Part shown: piece by piece, positions 35,211-44,793 of the stretch
How the letters are laid out: every line of letters starts with the position of its first letter
Numbering within the stretch: the stretch's first letter is position 1
Virus record (IMG/VR): IMGVR_UViG_3300033067_001170
Coordinates: 1-53,799 of that record
From: a virus
Taxonomy: Duplodnaviria > Caudoviricetes
Strand: one strand, 5' to 3'
DNA: 53,799 bases
Made by a program: the position numbers and the translations under genes
Notes under the pieces: generated by a model
Databases searched by the model: none
What the model was told of the DNA's origin: nothing
Seen by the model: only the letters and a program-made list of their open reading frames with translations

Positions 35211-36124
35211 CAAATCTATATGTACTTTACGGTTGTCCTAGAAGTGGCAAGTCTACTTGGGCAAAGAAAATGAGAGATGAAAATCCTAATAAAATAGTTA
35301 GGGTAAATAAAGATGATCTCAGAGCAATGCTACACGCACCAGGACACAATAATGGTCAGGAAAAACTAACAGTATCCATCAGAGATAAGATAATTGAAAA
35401 ATCTCTTAGAGATGGTAAAGATGTTATTGTTGATGATACTAATTTTCCTTTCGGTGGACAACACTATAAAAGATGTTGTGAAATAGCACAATTAGTTGGA
35501 GATGTTACTGTTATTGAAAAATTCTTCGATGCTAATCTGCCTGATTTGTTGAGAAGAAATAAAGAATCATTGGATGGTAAACCTGTTCCTGAAGATGTAA
35601 TCTATAATATGTTTAATAAACATGTTAAAGGAAAACAGTACACATTTACTAGTGTATATTTTCCACCGTTAGAAAAGGTTAAGTACAATCCAGATTTACC
35701 AGAATGTGTTATTTTCGATATTGATGGCACACTTGCTCATATGCAAGGTAGAAGTGCTTATGATTGGAAACGAGTTGGTGAAGATGCTGTAGATTTTAAT
35801 GTAAGAAGAATATATGATTATCTATGTGTAAGTCAATTTGATAATCAAGGTCCAGATGAAATAATAATATTTTCTGGAAGAGATGGTTCTTGTTTAGTAG
35901 AAACTATACAATGGTTAACTGATAATAAAATAGTTTACGATAAAATATTTTTAAGACCTGAAGGTAATATGGAAAAAGATTCTATAATTAAGAAAAGAAT
36001 GTATGAAGAAAACATCAAAGGCAAGTATAATGTTGTTGCGGTTTTTGATGACAGACAACAGGTGGTAGATATGTGGAGAGCTATGGGTATTACTGTGTGT
36101 CAAGTTGCCAACGGAGATTTCTAA
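35207..36124 (+). CDS. pseT: Polynucleotide 5'-kinase/3'-phosphatase (T4 Pnkp)
   Basis: GCPRSGKST P-loop, DDLR, HAD DIDGTLA, SGR, FDDR. Confidence 0.92.
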   Translation: MTNLYVLYGCPRSGKSTWAKKMRDENPNKIVRVNKDDLRAMLHAPGHNNGQEKLTVSIRDKIIEKSLRDGKDVIVDDTNFPFGGQHYKRCCEIAQLVGDVTVIEKFFDANLPDLLRRNKESLDGKPVPEDVIYNMFNKHVKGKQYTFTSVYFPPLEKVKYNPDLPECVIFDIDGTLAHMQGRSAYDWKRVGEDAVDFNVRRIYDYLCVSQFDNQGPDEIIIFSGRDGSCLVETIQWLTDNKIVYDKIFLRPEGNMEKDSIIKKRMYEENIKGKYNVVAVFDDRQQVVDMWRAMGITVCQVANGDF

Positions 36125-36558
36125 TGCTAATAGAAATACCTGATGATATGTTTGAACAATTATCAAACATAGGAAAAGAAATAGCAACCCAAGATAATAG
36201 ATGTACGGCAAGACCGTACATTTATCAAATACAAAAAGATGTTAGAACTTACGGATTTGATAGTGACTATGCTGATGAATTTATGTATGTTAATAAAGAA
36301 GATTTTGAAGATGCTGTTGACCCAAATGATACATTACCAGAAGATTTTGATGAAGATAAATATTATAAAGCATATTATAAAGATACTGTAGAATATGTGA
36401 ATTTCTTTTTTACTGAAAAAGCTTGTAGACTGCACATAGAAGAAAATCAACATCATTACAAAAAACCAACAAGAGATTTTATTGCTGGTGCTTGGAGAAA
36501 TCCAGAGATGGATATTGTTGTTAAAATGCTAATGTTATTAGGACAGATTAAAAAATGA
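36124..36558 (+). CDS. Conserved phage hypothetical protein; start revised to 36124
   Basis: TQDNRCTARP...FFTEKAC...RNPEM; TAATG coupling to Pnkp. Confidence 0.7.
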   Translation: MLIEIPDDMFEQLSNIGKEIATQDNRCTARPYIYQIQKDVRTYGFDSDYADEFMYVNKEDFEDAVDPNDTLPEDFDEDKYYKAYYKDTVEYVNFFFTEKACRLHIEENQHHYKKPTRDFIAGAWRNPEMDIVVKMLMLLGQIKK

Positions 36559-36785
36559 TTTCAGCAATATCTGAAGAAGTCGAAAAGAATTTTAACGGAT
36601 GTTTTAAAATAATTACTGAAGATAATGTGTATAATGGACCCGTATTTTTAGATTCTGTTGTAAGAGAAGATGATGGTTATTATATTTACAATCAAATATA
36701 TAGTCCTAGTTTACAAGATGTAGATTTTAGAAAAGAAAAAATATTGCGTTGGTATAGAATAATATTTAAATTGGTTAAAAAATGA
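36555..36785 (+). CDS. Hypothetical protein
   Basis: ATGA overlaps. Confidence 0.65.
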   Translation: MISAISEEVEKNFNGCFKIITEDNVYNGPVFLDSVVREDDGYYIYNQIYSPSLQDVDFRKEKILRWYRIIFKLVKK

Positions 36786-37156
36786 GTTGGACTTGCAAAT
36801 TGTGTGGCAATAAATCATTTGATGATAAAAATCCTGTATCTTGTTCGGGGAATGGCAATGCTCTTGGATGTGATGGTGGAAATTGGGAATTGGATGTGTC
36901 TAATAATAAAGTGCCATTAAAAGTAACTGAATTAGATATGACAACCGCAAAACGAAAGTATATCGATCTTGAGCCCATAATAGAAGTTGGTAAATGTCCT
37001 AAATGTAATAGTGATAAAATTTTTAAGCATTATAATGATACTATTCACAATGTTGAAATACATTGTGGTGATTGTAAATATGTACTTAGGGGTATATTTT
37101 TTGAACTTGTAGTAGAAAGATGGAATAAACTTAAAAGAAAGACTATTAAAAAATAA
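36782..37156 (+). CDS. Zinc-ribbon protein with Lar-like C-terminal half
   Basis: CKLC, CPKC...CGDC...ERWN pattern. Confidence 0.55.
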   Translation: MSWTCKLCGNKSFDDKNPVSCSGNGNALGCDGGNWELDVSNNKVPLKVTELDMTTAKRKYIDLEPIIEVGKCPKCNSDKIFKHYNDTIHNVEIHCGDCKYVLRGIFFELVVERWNKLKRKTIKK

Positions 37157-37157
37157 T

Positions 37158-38297
37158 ATGTTATTATATAATTTTCATGGTCAAGTGATAGACCTTTCCA
37201 CATTTTTAATATTATCTTCATTTAATGGTGAAGATTTGTTATTAAATGAATATAAAAATTATCACACATACAACGATATAAAAAATTATATTAATGGGGA
37301 CCCATATTATAGTAATTTAACATCTAAATTTGAAGTGATCTCAGACTTTTTAAATTCTCCATTTTTTAAAATATATAGTAAAGTAACAGACTTAAATGTA
37401 TTCAAAGTATTGTTTAATGAAATAGTGGAATCATCTACATACATATCTGCATATAAATCATCCGAAGAAATACGAAAATCAATTGATAGTAAGAGTATTA
37501 AATCTTTCTTATCATATAATAAAACTTTTAGGGATTCTTCATCCGATATAATGTACAAAAAATATATATTAAACACCGAAGAATATTTTAATTTTAGAGA
37601 AAATTATTCTACGTTTAGAATATCTAACAGTTTTTTAAACATATCTAATCAGGAATTTTACAATAGAATTTATACGCAAAAAGCAAATAAAAAGTTATTG
37701 GAATTTGACGTTAAAGCATCTGACTGGTTGTGGATATTATATATGAATTATCTTATGACTAATAATGAAAGTGTGGCATCTAAAGTAGCAATATATGGTG
37801 TGTATGAAGTTATAGACTTACAAAATAAAACTCATAAAGAAGAAAAAGTATCCATATTGGCATCTATGTATTCTCTCCATAAAGACTCTATATTTAATGA
37901 GATGCAAGAAGAGATCATATCTAAATTGGATATTGGGAAATTTGTATCGTACATACTATCTGCAAATAGTGTAACACTTCCGAATGGTTTTAATAGAACA
38001 GCAAAATATAATATAGCATTGTATGGTCAAACACTAACATCCATTTTTGTAATGAGATTCATATTTAATGAGTTTAAAAAATATATGGATGAAGTTGGCG
38101 GACAAATAATTTTTACAAAACATGATAGTATTATTTTTGAAGTTGATGATAATTTTGAGTTTAAGAAAAATTTTAAACCAACAATAGTAGGTGAGTGTAT
38201 AAATTTCTGCGGAAAAGATTATGTGTTTGGGGAACGAGAAGAAAAAATATTACAAATTTTTCTCGAAAATAACTACAGGATAAAAGAAATAAATTAA
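37158..38297 (+). CDS. Highly divergent family A DNA polymerase-like protein
   Basis: LLEFDVKAS (motif A-like), EEKVSILASMYS (B-like), TKHDSIIFE (motif C-like). Confidence 0.55.
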   Translation: MLLYNFHGQVIDLSTFLILSSFNGEDLLLNEYKNYHTYNDIKNYINGDPYYSNLTSKFEVISDFLNSPFFKIYSKVTDLNVFKVLFNEIVESSTYISAYKSSEEIRKSIDSKSIKSFLSYNKTFRDSSSDIMYKKYILNTEEYFNFRENYSTFRISNSFLNISNQEFYNRIYTQKANKKLLEFDVKASDWLWILYMNYLMTNNESVASKVAIYGVYEVIDLQNKTHKEEKVSILASMYSLHKDSIFNEMQEEIISKLDIGKFVSYILSANSVTLPNGFNRTAKYNIALYGQTLTSIFVMRFIFNEFKKYMDEVGGQIIFTKHDSIIFEVDDNFEFKKNFKPTIVGECINFCGKDYVFGEREEKILQIFLENNYRIKEIN

Positions 38298-38347
38298 ACC
38301 TGTATATTTATAGAAAAACAGTTAAATTCTCACAACAAAGGAAATAT

Positions 38348-38794
38348 ATGGAAGAACCAAAAAGAAAATTGATGGCGTCCTTTACTCTCAAATCCAAAAT
38401 AAAAGAATTTCTATCATATCTTCATGAACATGATATAGCAGATAAGGCTTTTGTATTATCTAATAATAAGCATCACAAAATTTTATTAGTAACTTACAAT
38501 ATAAAAAATGATATGAATATGAATAATTTAAAAGAAATAGGAGTACTTAATACATTATCAATTCAACGAAATAAGGATACTGATACTTTATATTCAATTA
38601 ATGCATTGAATTATATATTGGAAGAAGAATCTATGAAAACCGAAATACCCAGACAAAATATAGTAATAGATTGGAATAAATATTCCAATTGTTTTATTAC
38701 TACATCAGATAACAAAGTAAATATAATTAAAACTAAATTATTAAAAATGGTCAGATTCACTCCTAATTTTGACATAAATAAAGTGAGGATATAA
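38348..38794 (+). CDS. Conserved large-phage hypothetical protein
   Basis: VTYNI...QRNKDTDTLYSINALN...IDWNKY. Confidence 0.7.
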   Translation: MEEPKRKLMASFTLKSKIKEFLSYLHEHDIADKAFVLSNNKHHKILLVTYNIKNDMNMNNLKEIGVLNTLSIQRNKDTDTLYSINALNYILEEESMKTEIPRQNIVIDWNKYSNCFITTSDNKVNIIKTKLLKMVRFTPNFDINKVRI

Positions 38795-39453
38795 TGAAAC
38801 TAAAGTACCTTTCGGTAGACGTAGAAACAACAGGATTAGATACAAAAAACGATCAATTAGTGGAAGTAGCCGCTATTCTTGATGATTTTTCAAATCTTAA
38901 ACCTGTAGAAAAATTGCCAAGATTCCATTGTTATATTAAACGTGATAATTTTAGTGGTAATCCTTACGCACTAAGTCTTCACGCAGATAAATTCAAAAAA
39001 ATATCTGAAGGTGGTGATGATGTTTTAGATGCTGGTGATTTTGTAATGGCATTTAAAAATTGGATAATAGATAATAATGGATATTATGATAAATCTATGT
39101 TTGCTGTTGATGTTGACTTAATTGAAGAACTACCTATGAGTGCAACTCTACAAAAATATAGATATGATATAGTTAAAGTTGTTGGTGCTGGTAAAAATTT
39201 CGGTTCATTTGATCGAGCATTTTTAGAAAATAGTAGTTGGGGATTTAAAGATCATATAAAATTTGCTCACAGATGTATTGATGTTGGTGATATGTATTTG
39301 TCTGTAGATGATGTAGTTCCACCATCATTAGATGAATGTGCTGAACGAGCTGGTCTTGATGAAAGATGTAGAGTTAATCATAATGCTATGAATGAAGCAG
39401 AAATGGTAGTTAAATTAATCAGAATAAATTTATTGGGAAAATTCACAGTATGA
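38794..39453 (+). CDS. DEDDh 3'-5' exonuclease
   Basis: VDVETTGLD, KNFGSFD, HNAMNEA. Confidence 0.85.
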   Translation: MKLKYLSVDVETTGLDTKNDQLVEVAAILDDFSNLKPVEKLPRFHCYIKRDNFSGNPYALSLHADKFKKISEGGDDVLDAGDFVMAFKNWIIDNNGYYDKSMFAVDVDLIEELPMSATLQKYRYDIVKVVGAGKNFGSFDRAFLENSSWGFKDHIKFAHRCIDVGDMYLSVDDVVPPSLDECAERAGLDERCRVNHNAMNEAEMVVKLIRINLLGKFTV

Positions 39454-40883
39454 TAGATTATAAAGAATTATTACAAACTGATAGTGCTCTTATACTAAGT
39501 AAAATATTAAATAATGTTATACATGGGAATAATTTAGAAGTATTAAAATTATTCCCATCAGATTTTGCAGATACTTGTATTACTTCTCCACCGTACTACG
39601 GTTTAAGAAATTATGAAACTAAAAATGTAATATGGGATATCACAAATTGTGATACCAAGTGTGAACATAATTGGGAATACTATAAAACAAGAGGTATTTC
39701 TGGTGGCACTAATACTGATAAATTAAAAACAAAAGGTCAAGATAATTACCAAATAGTTAATCCTACAGAAAATGCATTTTGTACTAAGTGTGGAGCTTGG
39801 TGGGGAGAATTAGGACAAGAACCTACTGTAGAGTTGTTTGTAAAACATTTGGCAGATATATTTGATGAAGTTAAAAGAGTTCTTAAACCTACAGGTTCAT
39901 TTTTTCTAAACATTAGTGATTCGTATATGGGTGGTGGAAAACCTAAACAAAAGAATATTAGAAATAAATCTTTAATGGGTGTTCCTGAAAAAATAATGAT
40001 AGAATTAATCAACAGAGGTTGGATACTTAGAAATAAAGTAATATGGCAAAAACCTAACCCTGTTCCAGAGTCTATGGTAGATAGATTTACAAGAAGTTGG
40101 GAATATATATACTTCTTTACAAAAAATGAAGATTATTATTTTGAACAGCAATTAGAAAAAGCATTGTATGAAGACAACAGACCATCAGGAATGGAAAGAA
40201 ATGGTGAGCAATATCGAAGAAAAGTTAACAGGACTTTAACTCAAAAAGAAAAAACAATAACTAAAAATGTAGCGGCTTCATCATTTGTAGGACATAGTGG
40301 CGGGTTTGATGAAAATGGAAATTTTATGGGAATTCCTGGTCTTAGAAATGTTAGAGATATATGGAATATAAAAACTCAACCATTTGTATCTGCAAGATAT
40401 GGAGATTTTGACTCTGATCATTTTGCTTCATATCCAGAAGAACTTGTTAAAGTTCCAATTAGTTCTACTACTCCTAAACAGATATGTTCTAACTGTGGTA
40501 ATTATAGATTAAAAGGATATACTAAAATAGGGGAATCATCATATGAAAATATGATAGGTGTAGACACATCTAAGTTTCGTAGTGAGCAGGGAATTAAGCA
40601 GAATATGAGAGCAGATAGGGAATGTTATGAGAGACCTGTAATAGAAACTTATACTGAGTGTGGTTGTGATAATCCAACATACACCGAGTCGGGTATAGTT
40701 ATTGACCCGTTTCACGGAACAGGAACAACATCCATAGAAGCATTAAGACAGGGAGTTAACTATATAGGTATAGAACTAAACAAACAATATGTTGATATAT
40801 CCGAAGCACGAATAGATACATTCAAAAAAACAGAAGAAATGATTAAAAAAAGAATGAGTAATTCTTTAGGAAAATTTTTATGA
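39450..40883 (+). CDS. DNA methyltransferase (N4-C/N6-A) with Cys-rich inserts
   Basis: TSPPYYGLR, HFASYP, DPFHGTGTT. Confidence 0.9.
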   Translation: MIDYKELLQTDSALILSKILNNVIHGNNLEVLKLFPSDFADTCITSPPYYGLRNYETKNVIWDITNCDTKCEHNWEYYKTRGISGGTNTDKLKTKGQDNYQIVNPTENAFCTKCGAWWGELGQEPTVELFVKHLADIFDEVKRVLKPTGSFFLNISDSYMGGGKPKQKNIRNKSLMGVPEKIMIELINRGWILRNKVIWQKPNPVPESMVDRFTRSWEYIYFFTKNEDYYFEQQLEKALYEDNRPSGMERNGEQYRRKVNRTLTQKEKTITKNVAASSFVGHSGGFDENGNFMGIPGLRNVRDIWNIKTQPFVSARYGDFDSDHFASYPEELVKVPISSTTPKQICSNCGNYRLKGYTKIGESSYENMIGVDTSKFRSEQGIKQNMRADRECYERPVIETYTECGCDNPTYTESGIVIDPFHGTGTTSIEALRQGVNYIGIELNKQYVDISEARIDTFKKTEEMIKKRMSNSLGKFL

Positions 40884-41179
40884 TTAAAGTTGTAACTGTT
40901 GAAAAAATTTATAATGGACATATCTCACTTAGGGATTACATTGTAGATACCGCAATTAAAAATAATGATAGTATATTGGTTAAGTGTAAAGGTGAAGAGA
41001 AGTTATTAACACCAAAAGAACTATCAGAAAATAAAATAATATTAACGGATAAAACATTGCGTAGCAAATTTAAACATTCTAATACCTATAAATTGTATGA
41101 TTATGAGTGGAAACCCAAAAAACAAGTAGAACATAATTCAACATTTGAATTTACCAGATCGTTAGATAAGTTTTTCTAA
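40880..41179 (+). CDS. Hypothetical protein with C-terminal SLDKFF
   Basis: Coupled ORF. Confidence 0.7.
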   Translation: MIKVVTVEKIYNGHISLRDYIVDTAIKNNDSILVKCKGEEKLLTPKELSENKIILTDKTLRSKFKHSNTYKLYDYEWKPKKQVEHNSTFEFTRSLDKFF

Positions 41180-41283
41180 TGGACAAATTTACTAAATTTT
41201 TTTGTTGGGTTTTAATATCAGTAGTCTTGACTTTCAGTATTTTATTTATTATATTACTAAACGTAGCATTAAACACAAAATAA
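41179..41283 (+). CDS. Small membrane peptide (34 aa, absent from ORF track)
   Basis: MDKFTKFFCWVLISVVLTFSILFIILLNVALNTK*; TAATG coupling. Confidence 0.45.
   Translation: MDKFTKFFCWVLISVVLTFSILFIILLNVALNTK
41227..41255 (+). promoter_or_regulatory. Sigma70-type promoter
   Basis: TTGACT-17-TATATT. Confidence 0.65.
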
Positions 41284-41292
41284 GGACATCAT

Positions 41293-42744
41293 ATGGATAA
41301 TAACATTCCAAATCCAAATTATATTAAAAATGTAGAAAAATTAAAATTTACAACTCCATTAGGTAAAGCAACTAAAGTTGGTGTGTATGTTATGATGAAT
41401 TCTGAATTTACCAACTACTTTTTACCTAAAGCAATAGAAAACATAATAGAATGTATAGAATATACACATAAAAATACAGGACTATATATAACCCAAGTAA
41501 ATTTTGTAGTGTCTACTAAAGATACTGATAGATTTTTTGCACTAAAATCTGCAAATATTTCTAAATTATCTACTAAAGATACCACATTCAAAGTTTTGTA
41601 TAAAGAAGAAACTACAATATCAGATATATTCAATACTATAAAAGGTAGTGTGGCAGATTTAGATTATGTTGCATTTTATAGTGCAAATACTTTGTGGGTT
41701 AAAAACCATATACAAAAATCTATAGATGCTATTTTATTGGAAAAAAGAGATTGGTCTGTATCATTTACAGAATTGAGAAGTGATATAACAGGTAAAAAAT
41801 CTGAAATTCTAAATTATAAAGAACCTAATTTAGTTAATCATTTGGTTGATGATATTTTAATTGGTGAGATAGTTGTAAAGGCAGAAAAATTAAAGTTAGT
41901 TGATTTTGGAAGAGGTAAAGTCACCGAAGGAAAGGCAGAATATTTCTATCCTGGTTATGCATTGAAAACTGCGTTAAAGGAATATTCCATTTGTAATAAA
42001 ACAACAGTAAGACATCACATGACATTTTTAAATGAAGAACAGTTAGAATATGTTCTTGAAGATTATAAATTTGATGTTTCTACTATCCCTGATGAAGATA
42101 AAACTAAATTAATATTTACTGTAATAGTAAATCTAACTAATATACAAAATCAAGCAAAAATGTTAGACGTTTTAAATTGTATTGGGGCACAACAATTTCC
42201 GTTAGAAAATGTAGAATTTTTACTGATAACTAATTATAATTCTATGTCATTGTATATTTCTCAACCAGAAATACAACAAAAATTTCCTAATCATAAAATT
42301 ATATTTGTCGCTAATAATCTTCAAGATGAATATGGTGGATTGAAAAGTGTGGTGTATGCTACAGGACTTCAAAATGCTAGAGGAGAAATAATAACATATT
42401 TAGATGCATCTGAAGGATTTTTATATTCGTCTGCATATTTATCTGAGTTATATTTACTTTACAAAGAAGCTGGTGATGATGTTAAATGGGCACTATCAAA
42501 TTATTTCAATGTGATAAATTATATTCCTAAACATTCTAATATAAAAGTATTGAATAGAAATCAAGCATATTTTTCTTTGTTCTCACATAAGAAAGATTTA
42601 CCTATACAATACCCAACTATAAAAGCTATAGATAAATATTTTGCAAATACAGATTTAAGTCTGATTAACATTATAAATTATTATAGTAATCAGAACATAA
42701 AGGGAACTATAAATCCTAAAGCAACAGTACACAAATTAAACTAA
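41293..42744 (+). CDS. Glycosyltransferase family 2-like protein (two degenerate GT-A domains)
   Basis: GLQNARGEIITYLDA and DYVAFYSA..LW..NHI segments. Confidence 0.5.
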   Translation: MDNNIPNPNYIKNVEKLKFTTPLGKATKVGVYVMMNSEFTNYFLPKAIENIIECIEYTHKNTGLYITQVNFVVSTKDTDRFFALKSANISKLSTKDTTFKVLYKEETTISDIFNTIKGSVADLDYVAFYSANTLWVKNHIQKSIDAILLEKRDWSVSFTELRSDITGKKSEILNYKEPNLVNHLVDDILIGEIVVKAEKLKLVDFGRGKVTEGKAEYFYPGYALKTALKEYSICNKTTVRHHMTFLNEEQLEYVLEDYKFDVSTIPDEDKTKLIFTVIVNLTNIQNQAKMLDVLNCIGAQQFPLENVEFLLITNYNSMSLYISQPEIQQKFPNHKIIFVANNLQDEYGGLKSVVYATGLQNARGEIITYLDASEGFLYSSAYLSELYLLYKEAGDDVKWALSNYFNVINYIPKHSNIKVLNRNQAYFSLFSHKKDLPIQYPTIKAIDKYFANTDLSLINIINYYSNQNIKGTINPKATVHKLN

Positions 42745-42754
42745 GGAACACAAT

Positions 42755-44650
42755 ATGCCACAAAAATTATTTTTAATAGATAATAAATTTTTCAATAAAA
42801 TACCAGATACTGAAATGTTAATAGATAGTTTAATTACATCTATAGGAAACATAGAATCATCCGAGATACTTAAAAATTCAGAAATGGTATATCTAAACAA
42901 TTCAAATGTTGTTTGGGATGAAAAGTATAAGAGTAAGAATATAAGGATAATTCAAACACTATCTGATATAAATTTATATGAATACGAATCTGTTATTTAT
43001 ATTAATTCTCCGTTTTTCAGTATAGCAAATGTGTTGTCTGATATATTATCAAACGAGCACTATCAAAAAAATAGAATAGTATCTCAGGAAGTATACAATT
43101 TAAATCCTATAACATCCGCAACTACCGAAAGATTCTTATTTTCTAAAACTAAACCTATGCAATTGGGTAATGTTGCATCATTATCTATTTTCACATTTAA
43201 GTTGGAAAAAGACCCAGATGAAATAAAATTTGAATCTCAGGAACAATTAGTTAAATTTTTACACCGTAAAAGTCCTCAAGCTGTGTATGAATTTTCTAAT
43301 AACTTAGGAATATCCGCATTTCAATTTTTTGAAAAAGAATTAGATTATATTAATTTTTGTTTAGGTGAAAGAACATTTACTGATGGTTCTAATGGAATAT
43401 ATGCAGTATACTTTCCAGATGAATATAAAAATATAGATGATATTGTTGATATAGTTATGGATATGCAAAATAAAAATCCTAAAATGTTTATAGATTTACG
43501 AACAGGATTAGATATTTCCAGTACATTTAGTGAAGAAATTGTAGAAGTTGATGGTGAATTTCAAGTTCAAAATAACTTTAAAGGAGATAATACTAGACTT
43601 ATAACATCTAATTCTAAATTGCTACATTATGATTTTAACACTATAAATGGAGTATTAGATTTATCAGATAAACATTTCAAGCATATATTATTTGGTGGTC
43701 CAAAATATATGAAAGTGTATAACTCTGAATATAAATTTTTGTATCAAATATCTAAGGAAGATATATTATCAGCAAAAGTTATTGATGTTAAAAGAACTAT
43801 GGGCATGGGGGATGCCCTATTAACATTACCTATAATCAGAGAAATTAAAAAAATAAATCCTGATGTTAAAATTATATTCCATTCATTGTATGATTTCTCT
43901 AAATATTTAATAGACAAATCTATGATAGATTCCTTCGTAAAATTAGACAGTAGGGGAATATTTGCAGATTTAAATACCACATCAGATATAGTGTTAGATT
44001 TTGATCTAGCATATGAAAATCAAACTTTTGGTGGTAGATTTTTCGATTACTATCTCAATTTCTTTTCACTTGATACTTTTACAGAAATAGATACTAATCC
44101 TATATTAACTTATGGTGTTGATCAGGAACAAGAAAAAACTTGTGCTATAGTTGGTGAAGGTTCTGGTTGGGCAAGTAAAGAACCCAATATAGATTTAATT
44201 GAACGACTTGCATATACTATGAAAGAAAAGGGATATAAAGTATATGAGCCAGGAATAAATAGAATAACTAATTATGCGGATGAAACTAATCCTAATAATG
44301 ATTTAGATAAAGTATTTAAGATGGTTAAATTATCTAATTGTTATATAGGTACTGATTCAGGTGTTTCTCATATTGCTAATTTAATGGGTAAACCTTCATT
44401 TATTATTGGTGGTTCTGCAGACCCAAATAAAACACAATTTAATGTAAATATTATCTATCCTTTCGGTAGAACAGATTTATTATGCTATGGTTGTAGACAC
44501 TTTTCTAAAGGATTTAGAACATTAGAAAATGGAACTAACACATTCGTATCAGGTTGCCACAACGTAAATCAATTTCAATGCATGAAAGACTTGGATGTTA
44601 ATATGGCAATAGAAGATTTAGATAATTTTTTGATCAAATTCGACCTTTAA
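42755..44650 (+). CDS. Glycosyltransferase family 9 domain protein
   Basis: MGMGDALLTLPIIREIKKINPD and YIGTDSGVSHIANLMGKP. Confidence 0.8.
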   Translation: MPQKLFLIDNKFFNKIPDTEMLIDSLITSIGNIESSEILKNSEMVYLNNSNVVWDEKYKSKNIRIIQTLSDINLYEYESVIYINSPFFSIANVLSDILSNEHYQKNRIVSQEVYNLNPITSATTERFLFSKTKPMQLGNVASLSIFTFKLEKDPDEIKFESQEQLVKFLHRKSPQAVYEFSNNLGISAFQFFEKELDYINFCLGERTFTDGSNGIYAVYFPDEYKNIDDIVDIVMDMQNKNPKMFIDLRTGLDISSTFSEEIVEVDGEFQVQNNFKGDNTRLITSNSKLLHYDFNTINGVLDLSDKHFKHILFGGPKYMKVYNSEYKFLYQISKEDILSAKVIDVKRTMGMGDALLTLPIIREIKKINPDVKIIFHSLYDFSKYLIDKSMIDSFVKLDSRGIFADLNTTSDIVLDFDLAYENQTFGGRFFDYYLNFFSLDTFTEIDTNPILTYGVDQEQEKTCAIVGEGSGWASKEPNIDLIERLAYTMKEKGYKVYEPGINRITNYADETNPNNDLDKVFKMVKLSNCYIGTDSGVSHIANLMGKPSFIIGGSADPNKTQFNVNIIYPFGRTDLLCYGCRHFSKGFRTLENGTNTFVSGCHNVNQFQCMKDLDVNMAIEDLDNFLIKFDL

Positions 44651-44793
44651 AAGCAGTTAACATGGATTTTAAACTTTGTTATATTTATATCCAAAGTAAA
44701 AAATTCTTAGGTAATTTTTAAATAATAACGTGGTGCTGAATGTTTAATAAAACACATAAGTCACCTATCATAAACAACTAAATACAAGGAGAA

